DNA of 64,000 nt from Thermoplasmata archaeon (GTDB lineage Archaea > Thermoplasmatota > E2 > DHVEG-1), in assembly GCA_003942085.1 (NCBI GenBank), contig DQIQ01000001.1, positions 24,950 through 88,949 on the forward strand. Reading direction: 5' to 3'. Position numbers and translations under genes: made by a program. Under the pieces are notes generated by a model that did no database searches, was not told the origin of the DNA, and was given only the letters and a program-made list of their open reading frames with translations. Position 1 is the first letter of the stretch. Each line of letters begins with the position of its first letter. Positions 9,477 through 19,613 of the stretch are shown piece after piece.

Positions 9477-10781
9477 ATGAACATACTCATCGTTGAGACC
9501 GTCTGGATGGGAGGCGCACGATACAGATTCCTTGATAAGATGCTGCTCACCGCATTCTCCATTCTTCCTACCCTGCAGGCACGGGAACTTGCTGCAATCA
9601 CCCCAAAACAACATACCATATCGGTGGTCAATGAACGATACTCACAGATTGATTATGACACCGCGTATGATGCTGTTCTGATCAATTTTGTCACCTCGAC
9701 TGCCCCACGAGCCTATGCGATTGCTGACCGCTTCCGAAAAAAAGGTGTTCCCGTCATCCTTTGCGGGTTTCATGCATCTGGACTGCCTGTTGAGGCAAAA
9801 CAACATGCAGATAGCGTCCTCATCGGCAGAAACGAATACGGCTGGTTATCGGTCCTCCAGGACATACATCAGAAAAAACTACAGCCTTTCTATCAAGCAC
9901 CACCATATGATCGCACCATGCAGCTTCCTCCAACACATGTCCAGCTCCCAGGGTTCGTCATGACTGGTGCTGTGGAAGCGACAAGAGGCTGCCCGTACCA
10001 TTGTGAGTTCTGCCCTGAGACCAACATCCCAGGTGGTTCATACCTCTTCAAACGCCCGGTTGATGAAGTGATCGATGAAATCAAAAAAATTCCTCAGAAA
10101 AACCTGATGTTCTATGACACATCGCTTACCATCGACCCGTCATACACAAAAGAATTGTTCAAAAAAATGAAAGGACTGCATAAAAAATTCTTCTGCAACG
10201 GAAACGTCGATGTCTTAGCCCATGACCCGGAACTCGTATGCCTCTCCAAAGAAGCAGGATGTGTCGCATGGCTTGTCGGGTTTGAATCAATCTGCCAGAA
10301 CACTCTTCAAGCTATCGGAAAAACAACAAACGCGGTTGATGAATACGCACTGGCAGTGCAGAATATCCACACCAATCACATGGCAGTGATCGGAGAATTC
10401 ATCTTCGGATTTGATACGGACACGCCAGAGGTATTCAAAAAAACACTCACCATGATAAAAGACCTAGACATTGACGTCGTTGATTTCTCAATACTGACAC
10501 CATTCCCAGGGACCCCCCTGTTTAATAGACTTGACAGCCAGGGGAGAATCCTGACAAAAGACTGGAAGTTCTACAACATGGGACACGCGGTTTTTACACC
10601 AAGCCACATGACCCCGAAAGAACTTGAGGAAGGCGTCCGGAGCATATTTAACGAGTTTTATGAGATGTCTTTTACCATTAAAAGAATAATCCGTGGCCTC
10701 CGATGGGGCATGTACACGTTTTTGGTTATTTTCGCACGAAACCTTGTTGCGATGATGAGCAGAGGACGACTCTCCAAATGA
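9477..10781 (+). CDS. B12-binding domain radical SAM protein
   Basis: N-terminal cobalamin-binding-like domain; TRGCPYHCEFC; GFES; TPFPGTPL. Confidence 0.9.
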   Translation: MNILIVETVWMGGARYRFLDKMLLTAFSILPTLQARELAAITPKQHTISVVNERYSQIDYDTAYDAVLINFVTSTAPRAYAIADRFRKKGVPVILCGFHASGLPVEAKQHADSVLIGRNEYGWLSVLQDIHQKKLQPFYQAPPYDRTMQLPPTHVQLPGFVMTGAVEATRGCPYHCEFCPETNIPGGSYLFKRPVDEVIDEIKKIPQKNLMFYDTSLTIDPSYTKELFKKMKGLHKKFFCNGNVDVLAHDPELVCLSKEAGCVAWLVGFESICQNTLQAIGKTTNAVDEYALAVQNIHTNHMAVIGEFIFGFDTDTPEVFKKTLTMIKDLDIDVVDFSILTPFPGTPLFNRLDSQGRILTKDWKFYNMGHAVFTPSHMTPKELEEGVRSIFNEFYEMSFTIKRIIRGLRWGMYTFLVIFARNLVAMMSRGRLSK

Positions 10782-10793
10782 GAAAAAACGGGA

Positions 10794-12284
10794 TCATATA
10801 CGTGACTTAAACACGATACTTGAGGATGTTTTCTTCCCCGTGTCATCATAAACGGTGACCGTGAGCATATGTTTTTTGAGGAAGAATGATTTTAGTGTTT
10901 TCAGTTTCGTAAAGCTAAATTCGTATGGAGCTTGCGTATCATTAGACATGACGACCCCATCAATGGAAAATTCAACTTTTGCCACAGCCGAATCATCACT
11001 CGCATTCACCGTAACAATTTTCTTTCCCAACAGGACGGTCGTATTATGTAAATAATTATTGAGAATCAATCCAATTAATTTTCTTTGTTGGAGACGTTCC
11101 AGTCTTGGTTTGCCGTTCAGATAGATTTTTCCTTTCAGAGGGGACGTTATCTGTAGCTGTGGAGGTAGATTTCCTTTTTCTACTATTTTTGTAGCGTTGG
11201 TCGCATCAGCATAGTGCGCATCAAAGGGGTTCTTGCTCGGAGGCTGCGCATATCCTTGCTGCTTTTCAGAGCTAAATACCACTCCGACGATCATCAGGTT
11301 TTCATAGTCGTATGCAGAGATGTCTTTGGTTTCTGAGAATGTTAAGTTTTTATTTCCATCCACAGAGACGTCATTTATCATCAGATACTCAAGAAAACCA
11401 TAGGAAAAGGGTTTGCTATCATATCCTGTCAAATGTGACACAATCTCTGTCAAATAAAGTTTCAGTTGACCAGAATACGTATCGTTTCCCTTGTTCTCTA
11501 CTAGCGCATGAACGGTTACCTCCTGGGTGGTATTCGAATATTGTGCGGTGATGGTGACCTTGATTTTTGGGACCGTCCGTGCTTGCGCGGCTGTAATTGC
11601 CGCAGTATAGGCTGATTCAGGATTGTCTCCGCCCATGATGACCGAATATCCACCATCAATGAAGACTGTAGGGAATCCAAAGACATTGTACTCCTTAAAA
11701 AGACGATCTGCGGTTTGGGTATTGGTGGCGTTTATGAGGCTGATGTAGTAAAATCGATAATTATGGCTCTCGTAGAGGGTATGAAGGATGTTTGCGACAT
11801 TGGGGCAGTTGTTGCACCAGGTCGCGGTTGCTTCTTCGATGAATACGGTATGGATAAGGGTTTCATTCCCCGGGTTGCCTCCACCTGGATTCACCGTGAT
11901 GGTATAATATCGAGAGCCATCCATAGAAGGATCCCCGACGGGTCCGTTTCCTGCAGCGTCATCTGCAGTGATATAGTAATAATAGTTACTAGTGGCACTT
12001 GAAGGGATATCAAGGGTGGTACTCCCATTAAGGATCGATGTTGATCTCCAATCTGCTACATCAGCAGCTTTATAATATAAAGTCGCAACTGTGACGTTCA
12101 CATCATCAGTAAAAATAGCAGAAATAGTGGCGGTCTGACCCGCGGTGACCGTAAGGTTTCCTGTGATATTGTCAATCTGCGGAGGTTCTGTATCCTTGTC
12201 ACCAGTAAATACAATGACATACGCTGATGCGCCAAGGAGCATTCCTATGATGATAAGGAGTAATATTTTTCCAATTAGTCTCAT
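10794..12284 (-). CDS. Membrane-anchored/secreted protein with thioredoxin/Omp28-like domain and C-terminal Ig-like domain
   Basis: N-terminal TM; VFIEEATATWCNNCP...GFPTVFIDGG; C-terminal KVEFSIDG...APYEF Ig-like module. Confidence 0.75.
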   Translation of the reverse strand: MRLIGKILLLIIIGMLLGASAYVIVFTGDKDTEPPQIDNITGNLTVTAGQTATISAIFTDDVNVTVATLYYKAADVADWRSTSILNGSTTLDIPSSATSNYYYYITADDAAGNGPVGDPSMDGSRYYTITVNPGGGNPGNETLIHTVFIEEATATWCNNCPNVANILHTLYESHNYRFYYISLINATNTQTADRLFKEYNVFGFPTVFIDGGYSVIMGGDNPESAYTAAITAAQARTVPKIKVTITAQYSNTTQEVTVHALVENKGNDTYSGQLKLYLTEIVSHLTGYDSKPFSYGFLEYLMINDVSVDGNKNLTFSETKDISAYDYENLMIVGVVFSSEKQQGYAQPPSKNPFDAHYADATNATKIVEKGNLPPQLQITSPLKGKIYLNGKPRLERLQQRKLIGLILNNYLHNTTVLLGKKIVTVNASDDSAVAKVEFSIDGVVMSNDTQAPYEFSFTKLKTLKSFFLKKHMLTVTVYDDTGKKTSSSIVFKSRI

Positions 12285-12479
12285 ATCTAGTAATTAATAT
12301 ACACATGCTTTATATATTAAATTTACTCTTGCGATATAAATAGGGAAAAAAAGGGAAAATATCGTGGAAATCTCCAGTAGATTTCGTCCGATTTAACTCT
12401 ATTTTTTATGATTTCATATTGTTGAAAATAAGATGTATCGAGTTAAAAAATCAAACATTTGGTCCCTTCCAAAAAATGG

Positions 12480-13322
12480 TTATTCTTTCAAATGATATAG
12501 ATTGTTTTTCTTTGAGATGATCTCTTCGCGTATGAGTTTTTCAAGGATCGGTTGAAGTCGTGAAGTACCGGCGCTGAGTGTTCTTTTGATATCTTTAAAA
12601 GTGACATCGTCCTGTAAAAGGATCCTGATGATACGGCCGCGCAGTTGCCGATCTGATCCTTCGAACCGAGACTGTTGTGTTTTTGGTTTTATCCCTGTCT
12701 TTTTTGATGTAAGATAGAGCGCTCCGTAATCCATTAGTGCGTTATGCCAGTCCCGGCTTTTACCCGTTGGCAGACATCGTTTTGCAAGCTCCCAGAGTGC
12801 TTTATCCGTAACCGTCTCAGGAAGTTTGAACTCTTTGATGAGTATCCGTCGGATGTTGGTATCAACCGTGATTAGATCAGCGTTTGTTGAAAAGATCTGC
12901 ACTGCCTGCGACGTGTATTTCCCAACACCAGGGACATCCTTGTATTGTTTCATTGCCTTTATCACGTCACCTTCATACTTTGCAACAATTTTTCGAGCAG
13001 CTTTATGCAGATTTACCGCCCTGGTGTTGTAACCCAAACCCATCCAGGCCTCTAACACCTCAGGAAGCGAAGCTGCGGCAAGCGCATCAATAGTTGGCCA
13101 TCTGGTTATCCATTTCTCATAATACAACAATGCTCGGTTCACCTGTGTCTGTTGCAGCATAAGCTCAGAGAGGAGGATCTTGTATGGATCAAACGTCTTG
13201 CGCCAGGGCAGCTTTCGTCTGTGTTTTTTATAAAAAGAAAAAACTTTTTTTTGGAGCCGCTGGATTTTTTCCTGCGGGAGGTCTTTTAAATCAATCGTCG
13301 AAGTAATCCTGGGAGCAGGCAT
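12480..13322 (-). CDS. mutY: A/G-specific adenine glycosylase-like HhH-GPD DNA glycosylase (short MutY form)
   Basis: RKLPWR, SELMLQQTQV, WMGLGYNTRA, PGVGKYT, VDTNIRR, ALMDYGA; lacks the Fe-S cysteines. Confidence 0.8.
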   Translation of the reverse strand: MPAPRITSTIDLKDLPQEKIQRLQKKVFSFYKKHRRKLPWRKTFDPYKILLSELMLQQTQVNRALLYYEKWITRWPTIDALAAASLPEVLEAWMGLGYNTRAVNLHKAARKIVAKYEGDVIKAMKQYKDVPGVGKYTSQAVQIFSTNADLITVDTNIRRILIKEFKLPETVTDKALWELAKRCLPTGKSRDWHNALMDYGALYLTSKKTGIKPKTQQSRFEGSDRQLRGRIIRILLQDDVTFKDIKRTLSAGTSRLQPILEKLIREEIISKKNNLYHLKE

Positions 13323-13420
13323 AGTTTTTTTGATAATTACCTATGTTATTAATATGATTTTTGCTTGATTCATTATTTGGGAAGGTTTTTGAATGTTTGT
13401 TGTATAAAGATACCTCTCTT

Positions 13421-14332
13421 ATGAAACGATATAACCTTACTCATCTGCAGAAACTTGAAGCAGAATCAATCTACGTCATCCGTGAGGTCGCTGCACAATT
13501 CGAACGACCGGTGCTGCTCTTCTCAGGTGGAAAAGACTCAATCGTTCTTGGACATCTTTCCCGAAAGGCATTTTATCCTGCGAAAATCCCCTATCCTTTT
13601 CTGCATATTGATACCGGACATAACTTCCCTGAAGTACTCCTTTTCAGAGATGCTTTTGCAAAAAACCTTGACATCAGAATACTTGTTGGCTCTGTTCAAC
13701 GATCCATTGACACCGGACGGGTCAAAGAAGAAACCGGAAAACATGCGAGCCGGAACTATCTTCAGTCGATCACGCTGCTTGACACCATCCATGAGTATAA
13801 ATTCGACGCGGCAATCGGTGGCGGGCGAAGGGATGAGGAAAAATCCCGTGCCAAAGAACGATTCTTCTCTCATCGCAATGATTTTGGACAATGGGACCCG
13901 AAAAACCAACGGCCTGAGCTATGGGATCTCTACAATGGACGAAAACACCATGGTGAACATTTCCGGGTATTTCCGTTGAGCAACTGGACTGAGCTTGATA
14001 TCTGGCAGTACATCCTCAAAGAACACATTCAGATCCCTCTGATTTATTTCTCCCATACCCGAGACTGTATCATCCGGGACGGTGTCATCTACGCTTACTC
14101 TGACTACCTCCATCTTGATGATGCTGAAAAGAAAACAGTACAACCCATGACGGTTCGGTTCCGCACGGTCGGAGACATGACTTGTACAGGGGCAGTACAA
14201 TCAAAGGCACATACGCTTGAAGACATCGTCCGAGAGGTCGCTACCTATCGCATCTCAGAACGGGGAACCCGAGCTGACGACCGTCGATCGGAAAACTCTC
14301 TTGAGGACCGGAAAAAGGAGGGATACTTCTAG
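13421..14332 (+). CDS. cysD: Sulfate adenylyltransferase subunit 2
   Basis: LEAESIYVIREV, FSGGKDS, RRDEEKSRAKER, WDPKNQRPELW, C-terminal RKKEGYF. Confidence 0.97.
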   Translation: MKRYNLTHLQKLEAESIYVIREVAAQFERPVLLFSGGKDSIVLGHLSRKAFYPAKIPYPFLHIDTGHNFPEVLLFRDAFAKNLDIRILVGSVQRSIDTGRVKEETGKHASRNYLQSITLLDTIHEYKFDAAIGGGRRDEEKSRAKERFFSHRNDFGQWDPKNQRPELWDLYNGRKHHGEHFRVFPLSNWTELDIWQYILKEHIQIPLIYFSHTRDCIIRDGVIYAYSDYLHLDDAEKKTVQPMTVRFRTVGDMTCTGAVQSKAHTLEDIVREVATYRISERGTRADDRRSENSLEDRKKEGYF

Positions 14333-14333
14333 C

Positions 14334-15644
14334 ATGGATGAAAAAAGCTATCTTGATATGGATCTACTTCGATTCACCACTGCTGGAAGCGTTGATGACG
14401 GAAAAAGCACGCTGATCGGCAGGCTTCTTTACGACAGTAAAACCCTCTTTGAGGACCAGCTGGAAAACCTAGAGCGACTGAGCCAGCAACGCGGCGAAGA
14501 ACTCAACCTTGCCTTGCTCACCGATGGCCTGCGGGCAGAACGAGAACAAGGGATCACCATCGATGTCGCATATCGATACTTTGCAACCCCGGTTCGAAAA
14601 TTCATCATCGCAGACACCCCTGGCCACATCCAGTATACCCGCAACATGGTTACCGGAGCATCTACGGCGAACCTTGCATTGATCCTTGTGGACGCTCGTA
14701 ATGGAGTCACCGAACAAACCCACCGTCATATTTTCCTTGCCTCGCTCCTCCAGATCCCACACTTCGCCATCTGCATAAACAAGATGGATCTTGTCAGCTA
14801 CAAACAAGCGATATATGACGCCATCAAAAACGAAATACAGGATTTCATCTCAAAGCTCGCAGTCCCAGATATCACGTTCATTCCTATCAGTGCGTTACTT
14901 GGCGATAACGTGGTCCATGCCTCAAAAAACATGCAGTGGTATCATGGTCCTACCTTGCTATACCATCTTGAAGACGTCCACATCGGCAGTGACGAAAACC
15001 TTGTCGATTGTCGGTTCCCCGTCCAATTTGTCATCAGACCACGATCCGACACTTACCATGATTACCGAGGGTACGCAGGAAAAATCGCAAGCGGGATCTT
15101 CAAACCTGGGGACAGTGTCACTATTCTTCCATCCGGTTTTTCGACGACGATCAAATCGATTGAAGGCCCACAAGGAGAAATCACTGAAGCGTTCCCTCCG
15201 ATGTCTGTCGTCATGCAGCTCACTGACGATCTTGATATCAGCCGCGGGGATATGCTTGTCCGCCAGCATAACACTCCTTTTATCGGTCAGAACCTTGATT
15301 TCATGATCTGCTGGATGAACATAAAACCACTCACCGCGGGGACCAGGTACATTGTACGCCACACTACCAGGGAAACAAAAGGGATAATCAAAGAGATCCA
15401 ATATAAAATCGATATCAACACGTTGCATCGGATCCCTGATGCAACAAAGCTAGAGCTCAACGAAATCGGACGTATCTCGATGAGAACGGCACAACCATTG
15501 TTCTATGATAGTTATCAGCATAATCGAGCCACTGGCAGCATCATCCTCATCGATGAAACAACCAATGAGACGGTTGGTGCAGGGATGATCCGGGAACCTT
15601 CCGCTGCTGTTTCTGAAAAGAAAAAAAAGGAACAAGAAAAATGA
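14334..15644 (+). CDS. cysN: Sulfate adenylyltransferase subunit 1 (GTPase)
   Basis: GSVDDGKSTLIGRLL, EREQGITIDVAYRYF, DTPGHIQYTRNM, NKMD. Confidence 0.97.
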   Translation: MDEKSYLDMDLLRFTTAGSVDDGKSTLIGRLLYDSKTLFEDQLENLERLSQQRGEELNLALLTDGLRAEREQGITIDVAYRYFATPVRKFIIADTPGHIQYTRNMVTGASTANLALILVDARNGVTEQTHRHIFLASLLQIPHFAICINKMDLVSYKQAIYDAIKNEIQDFISKLAVPDITFIPISALLGDNVVHASKNMQWYHGPTLLYHLEDVHIGSDENLVDCRFPVQFVIRPRSDTYHDYRGYAGKIASGIFKPGDSVTILPSGFSTTIKSIEGPQGEITEAFPPMSVVMQLTDDLDISRGDMLVRQHNTPFIGQNLDFMICWMNIKPLTAGTRYIVRHTTRETKGIIKEIQYKIDINTLHRIPDATKLELNEIGRISMRTAQPLFYDSYQHNRATGSIILIDETTNETVGAGMIREPSAAVSEKKKKEQEK

Positions 15645-16177
15645 ACAAACATCAGGGTTTCACTATCTGGTTTACAGGTCTGCCCTGCTGCGGAAAAACA
15701 ACCATCGCAGACCAATTAGCCATACTTCTAAAAAAGAAGGATTACATGGTAGAACGACTCGATGGTGATATCGTTCGCCAGGGCTTTGCCAATGATCTCG
15801 GTTTTTCGGAAAAAGACAGAGATGAAAATATCAAACGAGTCACTTTTATTGCAAAAATGCTCACCCGTAACAACGTAGTGGTGCTCGCAAGCTTTGTATC
15901 ACCGTACAAAAAACAACGAAGAAAAGCACGAAAGGAAATAAAAAATTTCATCGAAGTGTATGTAAAATGCCCTGTGAAGATCTGCATGAAGCGCGACGTC
16001 AAAGGCATGTACCAAAAAGCCCTTGAAGGAAAAATCAAGCATTTCACGGGTGTCGATGATCCGTACGAAGAACCTGAGCATCCGGAGCTCATCCTGAATA
16101 CCGATACAGAATCCGTTGAAGAAAGCGTCAGAAAGGTTTTAGAAAAAATAGAAGAACTCGGGTATATCACCCGGTAA
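15641..16177 (+). CDS. cysC: Adenylyl-sulfate (APS) kinase
   Basis: TIWFTGLPCCGKTT, LDGD, RDVKGMY, FTGVDDPYE. Confidence 0.96.
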   Translation: MNKHQGFTIWFTGLPCCGKTTIADQLAILLKKKDYMVERLDGDIVRQGFANDLGFSEKDRDENIKRVTFIAKMLTRNNVVVLASFVSPYKKQRRKARKEIKNFIEVYVKCPVKICMKRDVKGMYQKALEGKIKHFTGVDDPYEEPEHPELILNTDTESVEESVRKVLEKIEELGYITR

Positions 16178-16186
16178 GGAAAAGAC

Positions 16187-17152
16187 ATGGGAATCAACCC
16201 CGATGAAGAATTCCTCCAGGATCTACAGCAGGTTTCCTTCCAACCGGTTTTTATCCTCGGGCTGCATCGTTCAGGAACCAGTATTTTATACAAGATGCTC
16301 TCCGCGACAGGGTCCTTTAATCCGGTCACCGCGTATCATCTAATCAATTACCATGAACTGCTTGCAAATCATCATCTGAAAAAGGAAGAAGCTGCAAAAC
16401 AGCACCTGACGCAATCATTCAAAAATAAAGGCTTGACGGACAGAGGAATTGACCAATTGAAACTAACCGCGGATTTTGCAGAAGAATACGGGTTTCTCCT
16501 CAATACCCGGACCATGCAGATGTTCCTTACCAGAAAAAACGTCGCACTCTTTACAGAGATGTGCAAAAAAATCCAGTACATCGCAGGGAATGACAAACCA
16601 ATCCTTCTTAAGAATCCCTATGATTTTCTGAATTTCCTCTCCATCAAACAGGTGTTCCCCAACGCCAGATTTGTTTTTATCCATCGCCATCCGCTCAAGA
16701 CCATAAGTTCGACATTGAACGCCATCCGGATGATATTGAACGAAAAAAACCCATATACTGCACGGTTGTCCAGGTTATATGACAGATCCTATGACAATCC
16801 CCTGCTGCTTTGGCCGCTTCGGTTCATCTTTTGCACCATCCCAGAATGGGGCGTGGTCCTTATCACCAGAATCACTGCAAAAGCGGTAAAGTATTATCTG
16901 AAAAATATTGAGAAATTACCGTCAGAGGATTACCTCTCCATTACCTATGAAGAGCTATGTGAACATCCGCAGGAAACTTTGGAATACATCATGGAAAGAC
17001 TGTCCCTGCGCATGAGCGAAAAAGTCGATGTCGCATCACTTATGAGCCCGCGTACCGTAGACGTCGATGGTTCTGTTCAAAAACTTCGAGTATATATCTA
17101 TAAGTCAATGAAGTCTTATTTTGATATGTTTCATTATCTGAGAGAGGGATAG
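16187..17152 (+). CDS. PAPS-dependent sulfotransferase
   Basis: PVFILGLHRSGTS 5'-PSB loop, LLKNP, FIHRHP..TISS 3'-PB motif, ITYEEL. Confidence 0.9.
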   Translation: MGINPDEEFLQDLQQVSFQPVFILGLHRSGTSILYKMLSATGSFNPVTAYHLINYHELLANHHLKKEEAAKQHLTQSFKNKGLTDRGIDQLKLTADFAEEYGFLLNTRTMQMFLTRKNVALFTEMCKKIQYIAGNDKPILLKNPYDFLNFLSIKQVFPNARFVFIHRHPLKTISSTLNAIRMILNEKNPYTARLSRLYDRSYDNPLLLWPLRFIFCTIPEWGVVLITRITAKAVKYYLKNIEKLPSEDYLSITYEELCEHPQETLEYIMERLSLRMSEKVDVASLMSPRTVDVDGSVQKLRVYIYKSMKSYFDMFHYLREG

Positions 17153-17169
17153 GAGAGAATTACTTCTTT

Positions 17170-18216
17170 TTATTTGTGTACGTTTTGGATTTCCTGCTCG
17201 ATTCTTGCTAAGATTTTATTCTGATTCCCGGCATCGTACCGCTGCAGGTTTTCATAATAGAATCCTAGGTTGGATAAGAAGTGTCGAAGGTCGTCTTCAC
17301 AGAACTTCTGGTGTGAAATCCCGACACCCAACCGCTCGATACATCTTGCATTGAAAACTTGTTCAAACTGATGGCGGATCGGTAATGAAAAAATCGGTTT
17401 CTTCAGATATAATGCTTCACTAATGACGGTAAAACCACCGTTCACCATCACTGCTTTCGAAGATGCGATATCGTGATAAAACTCATCTTCGTTGAATCGT
17501 TTAAAAATCAGATTCCCCGTAGTTATTTCTCTGTTGAAGCCGTAAATGACAAACGTTTCATCGAACTTTTTCAGAGAATCAAAAAGATATGTAAAGGACA
17601 GTGATGTTTGATAGACAAAGATGTGATCCTCAGATGTTGACGTATGACTCCGTATCCCTGGTTGAATCAATGGTTTTGAAAATAACACCTGGGGATTATT
17701 GATTTGTTCATCGAAAAAATCATAGATGATGTATTTATCAGCGCCGAAAAGAGATAATTTTAATGCGAAAAATAGGAAAAGCCAAGAGGGATATTCCCTT
17801 TTTTTTATCGGATACTTCCGATAGAGTAACGCAGAGGGATTGTCAATGCTTATCCGTTTAATACCGCTGAATCGTGCAGCAAAATGACTAATTGGTTCAG
17901 CATCGGTGATGAGAAGATCAGGTTGAAACTCTTTCATAAGATGCCTGACTTTGAAGAATGAAACCGGGGTGCGGACCATCGTTTTATACAAGTTATGCAG
18001 GAGTGTGTAGAGTATCCTTACTTGATTGCATTGGTAGAATGCTTGTGGCGATTCAACCTTAAGGACTTGGTCAAACTCTTTTGATAACACCGAATAGGCT
18101 TTCCCGCCTGCGATAATGTAAACCTCATGACCATGTTGTTGGAGAAAACGGATCAGTATTCGACTGCGGCTTGCATGCCCCAGTCCTTCCCCGCAGACAC
18201 CATAGAGAATCTTCAT
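17170..18216 (-). CDS. GT-B glycosyltransferase (MJ1255/VC2487-like)
   Basis: MKILYGVCGEGLGHASRS, ITDAEP, NGGFTVISEALYLKKP, QFEQ. Confidence 0.88.
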   Translation of the reverse strand: MKILYGVCGEGLGHASRSRILIRFLQQHGHEVYIIAGGKAYSVLSKEFDQVLKVESPQAFYQCNQVRILYTLLHNLYKTMVRTPVSFFKVRHLMKEFQPDLLITDAEPISHFAARFSGIKRISIDNPSALLYRKYPIKKREYPSWLFLFFALKLSLFGADKYIIYDFFDEQINNPQVLFSKPLIQPGIRSHTSTSEDHIFVYQTSLSFTYLFDSLKKFDETFVIYGFNREITTGNLIFKRFNEDEFYHDIASSKAVMVNGGFTVISEALYLKKPIFSLPIRHQFEQVFNARCIERLGVGISHQKFCEDDLRHFLSNLGFYYENLQRYDAGNQNKILARIEQEIQNVHK

Positions 18217-18272
18217 AAAATCTCTCCCCGCATGAAAGTCTCTAACCATTTTTTTATTAATAAATCCTTTTG

Positions 18273-19505
18273 TTATAATATTCTGTGAAACGGGAAATCC
18301 TGATACCCGATTACTCCGACCCATATAGTTTGATTGAACCCCGGGATTGTTATGTTCGCTCGTAAAATCAGTTGAAGCCGATCAGGAAGCAATCGTTCCC
18401 CAAAACGAGGCCAAAGTTGAGATAACGGGATAAGCATATCCCCTTGGAGAATCGTGGTATTCTGTGAAGAGATAACACCGTCAGCCAATGTACCGTTGCT
18501 TAACAGTCGCGTCTTGTTTCTATCAATCCGATATATTTTCACAGTGATATCAGTCGCCAGGAACGTCAGTTTATTCGGATTTTTTATCTCGAAAATGATC
18601 TGATCATGTAATCCTCCTCTAATAGTGTATTTGTATTTACCGGTAAGAGACGCATCGGTTGGGAGATCTGAAAGAAGCTTTTCGAGACGAGGGGGAACGA
18701 TGTCTGCATCCACGGTAAGGTTCATTGATTTTCTGATGCCTGCAACGAAGACGGTAATATCACCATGTAGGGTCATTCGCAGTGTCTTTGCATCTAATGC
18801 CTTCAGCAGCAGCTGTCCGCTTCCTGCCAGTTGTTGAGATGTTTTTGCAGGGATCATTTTTCCAGGGATTGTGACGGTTCCTACCTGAGTCCCTGTTTCA
18901 GTTTCAACGTTTGCAGAGAGGTTTTCTATCGCCATGTCAATCGAGTACGGGTTGGTGATTTCCAGGATACCGGTAAAGTTTACACCTTCTTGGGTGATTT
19001 CGCTAAAGTTACCCGCCAGGTAGATTTGAGGGAGTGTAAATTGATCAATGATATTGTTCAGAGAGGTAATCATCGAGAATTTCAGGGGAAGCGTTTTCTT
19101 TATTAATCCAAGGAACAGAACACCGACCGTTCCGGTGATTCTACTCGTCAGTTGATTGGGAATTGTCCCGTTGAATTGTATGGTTGCTGTCGAGGTAAAC
19201 GTCCTGTTTTCATGTGAGCGGGTCTCCCCGCCTTCTATGAAGAGGTTGTTGATGACATCCCCGCTGTCGGTCATTGTGACTATCGTGATGTTTTGTACAA
19301 ATATGGAGAATGGATTTTGGTTGTTGACCCAGAGCGTTGTCTGGAGCACTGCTTCGTTTGCATCAAGATCGATAAGCTTGAGTGCTATGGTTGTTTCCGG
19401 GAGATTCATGGTCTGAATATCAAGAAAAATAAATGCTCCTGCTATGATATTGAGGATTGTAGCTGAAACTAAGATAATCACTATTAATTTTTTCATAGCT
19501 CCCAT
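18273..19505 (-). CDS. Membrane-anchored tandem LEA_2/WHy-domain protein
   Basis: N-terminal TM; three repeats with NQNPF/TNPYS/KNPNK motifs typical of LEA14/WHy folds. Confidence 0.65.
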   Translation of the reverse strand: MGAMKKLIVIILVSATILNIIAGAFIFLDIQTMNLPETTIALKLIDLDANEAVLQTTLWVNNQNPFSIFVQNITIVTMTDSGDVINNLFIEGGETRSHENRTFTSTATIQFNGTIPNQLTSRITGTVGVLFLGLIKKTLPLKFSMITSLNNIIDQFTLPQIYLAGNFSEITQEGVNFTGILEITNPYSIDMAIENLSANVETETGTQVGTVTIPGKMIPAKTSQQLAGSGQLLLKALDAKTLRMTLHGDITVFVAGIRKSMNLTVDADIVPPRLEKLLSDLPTDASLTGKYKYTIRGGLHDQIIFEIKNPNKLTFLATDITVKIYRIDRNKTRLLSNGTLADGVISSQNTTILQGDMLIPLSQLWPRFGERLLPDRLQLILRANITIPGFNQTIWVGVIGYQDFPFHRIL

Positions 19506-19613
19506 TATTGAAATAAAATACCTATATTTATAAGATATTTCCTATATTAATATACTTTTCTTACGATAACAGCAAAAAAACAAGAATATATAGGAGGATT
19601 CCTTAGCGACAGT

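Noticed and set aside
9404-9631. N-terminal extension of the ligase ORF as tracked
   Set aside because: Overlaps the divergent radical SAM gene; the real start is more likely 9403
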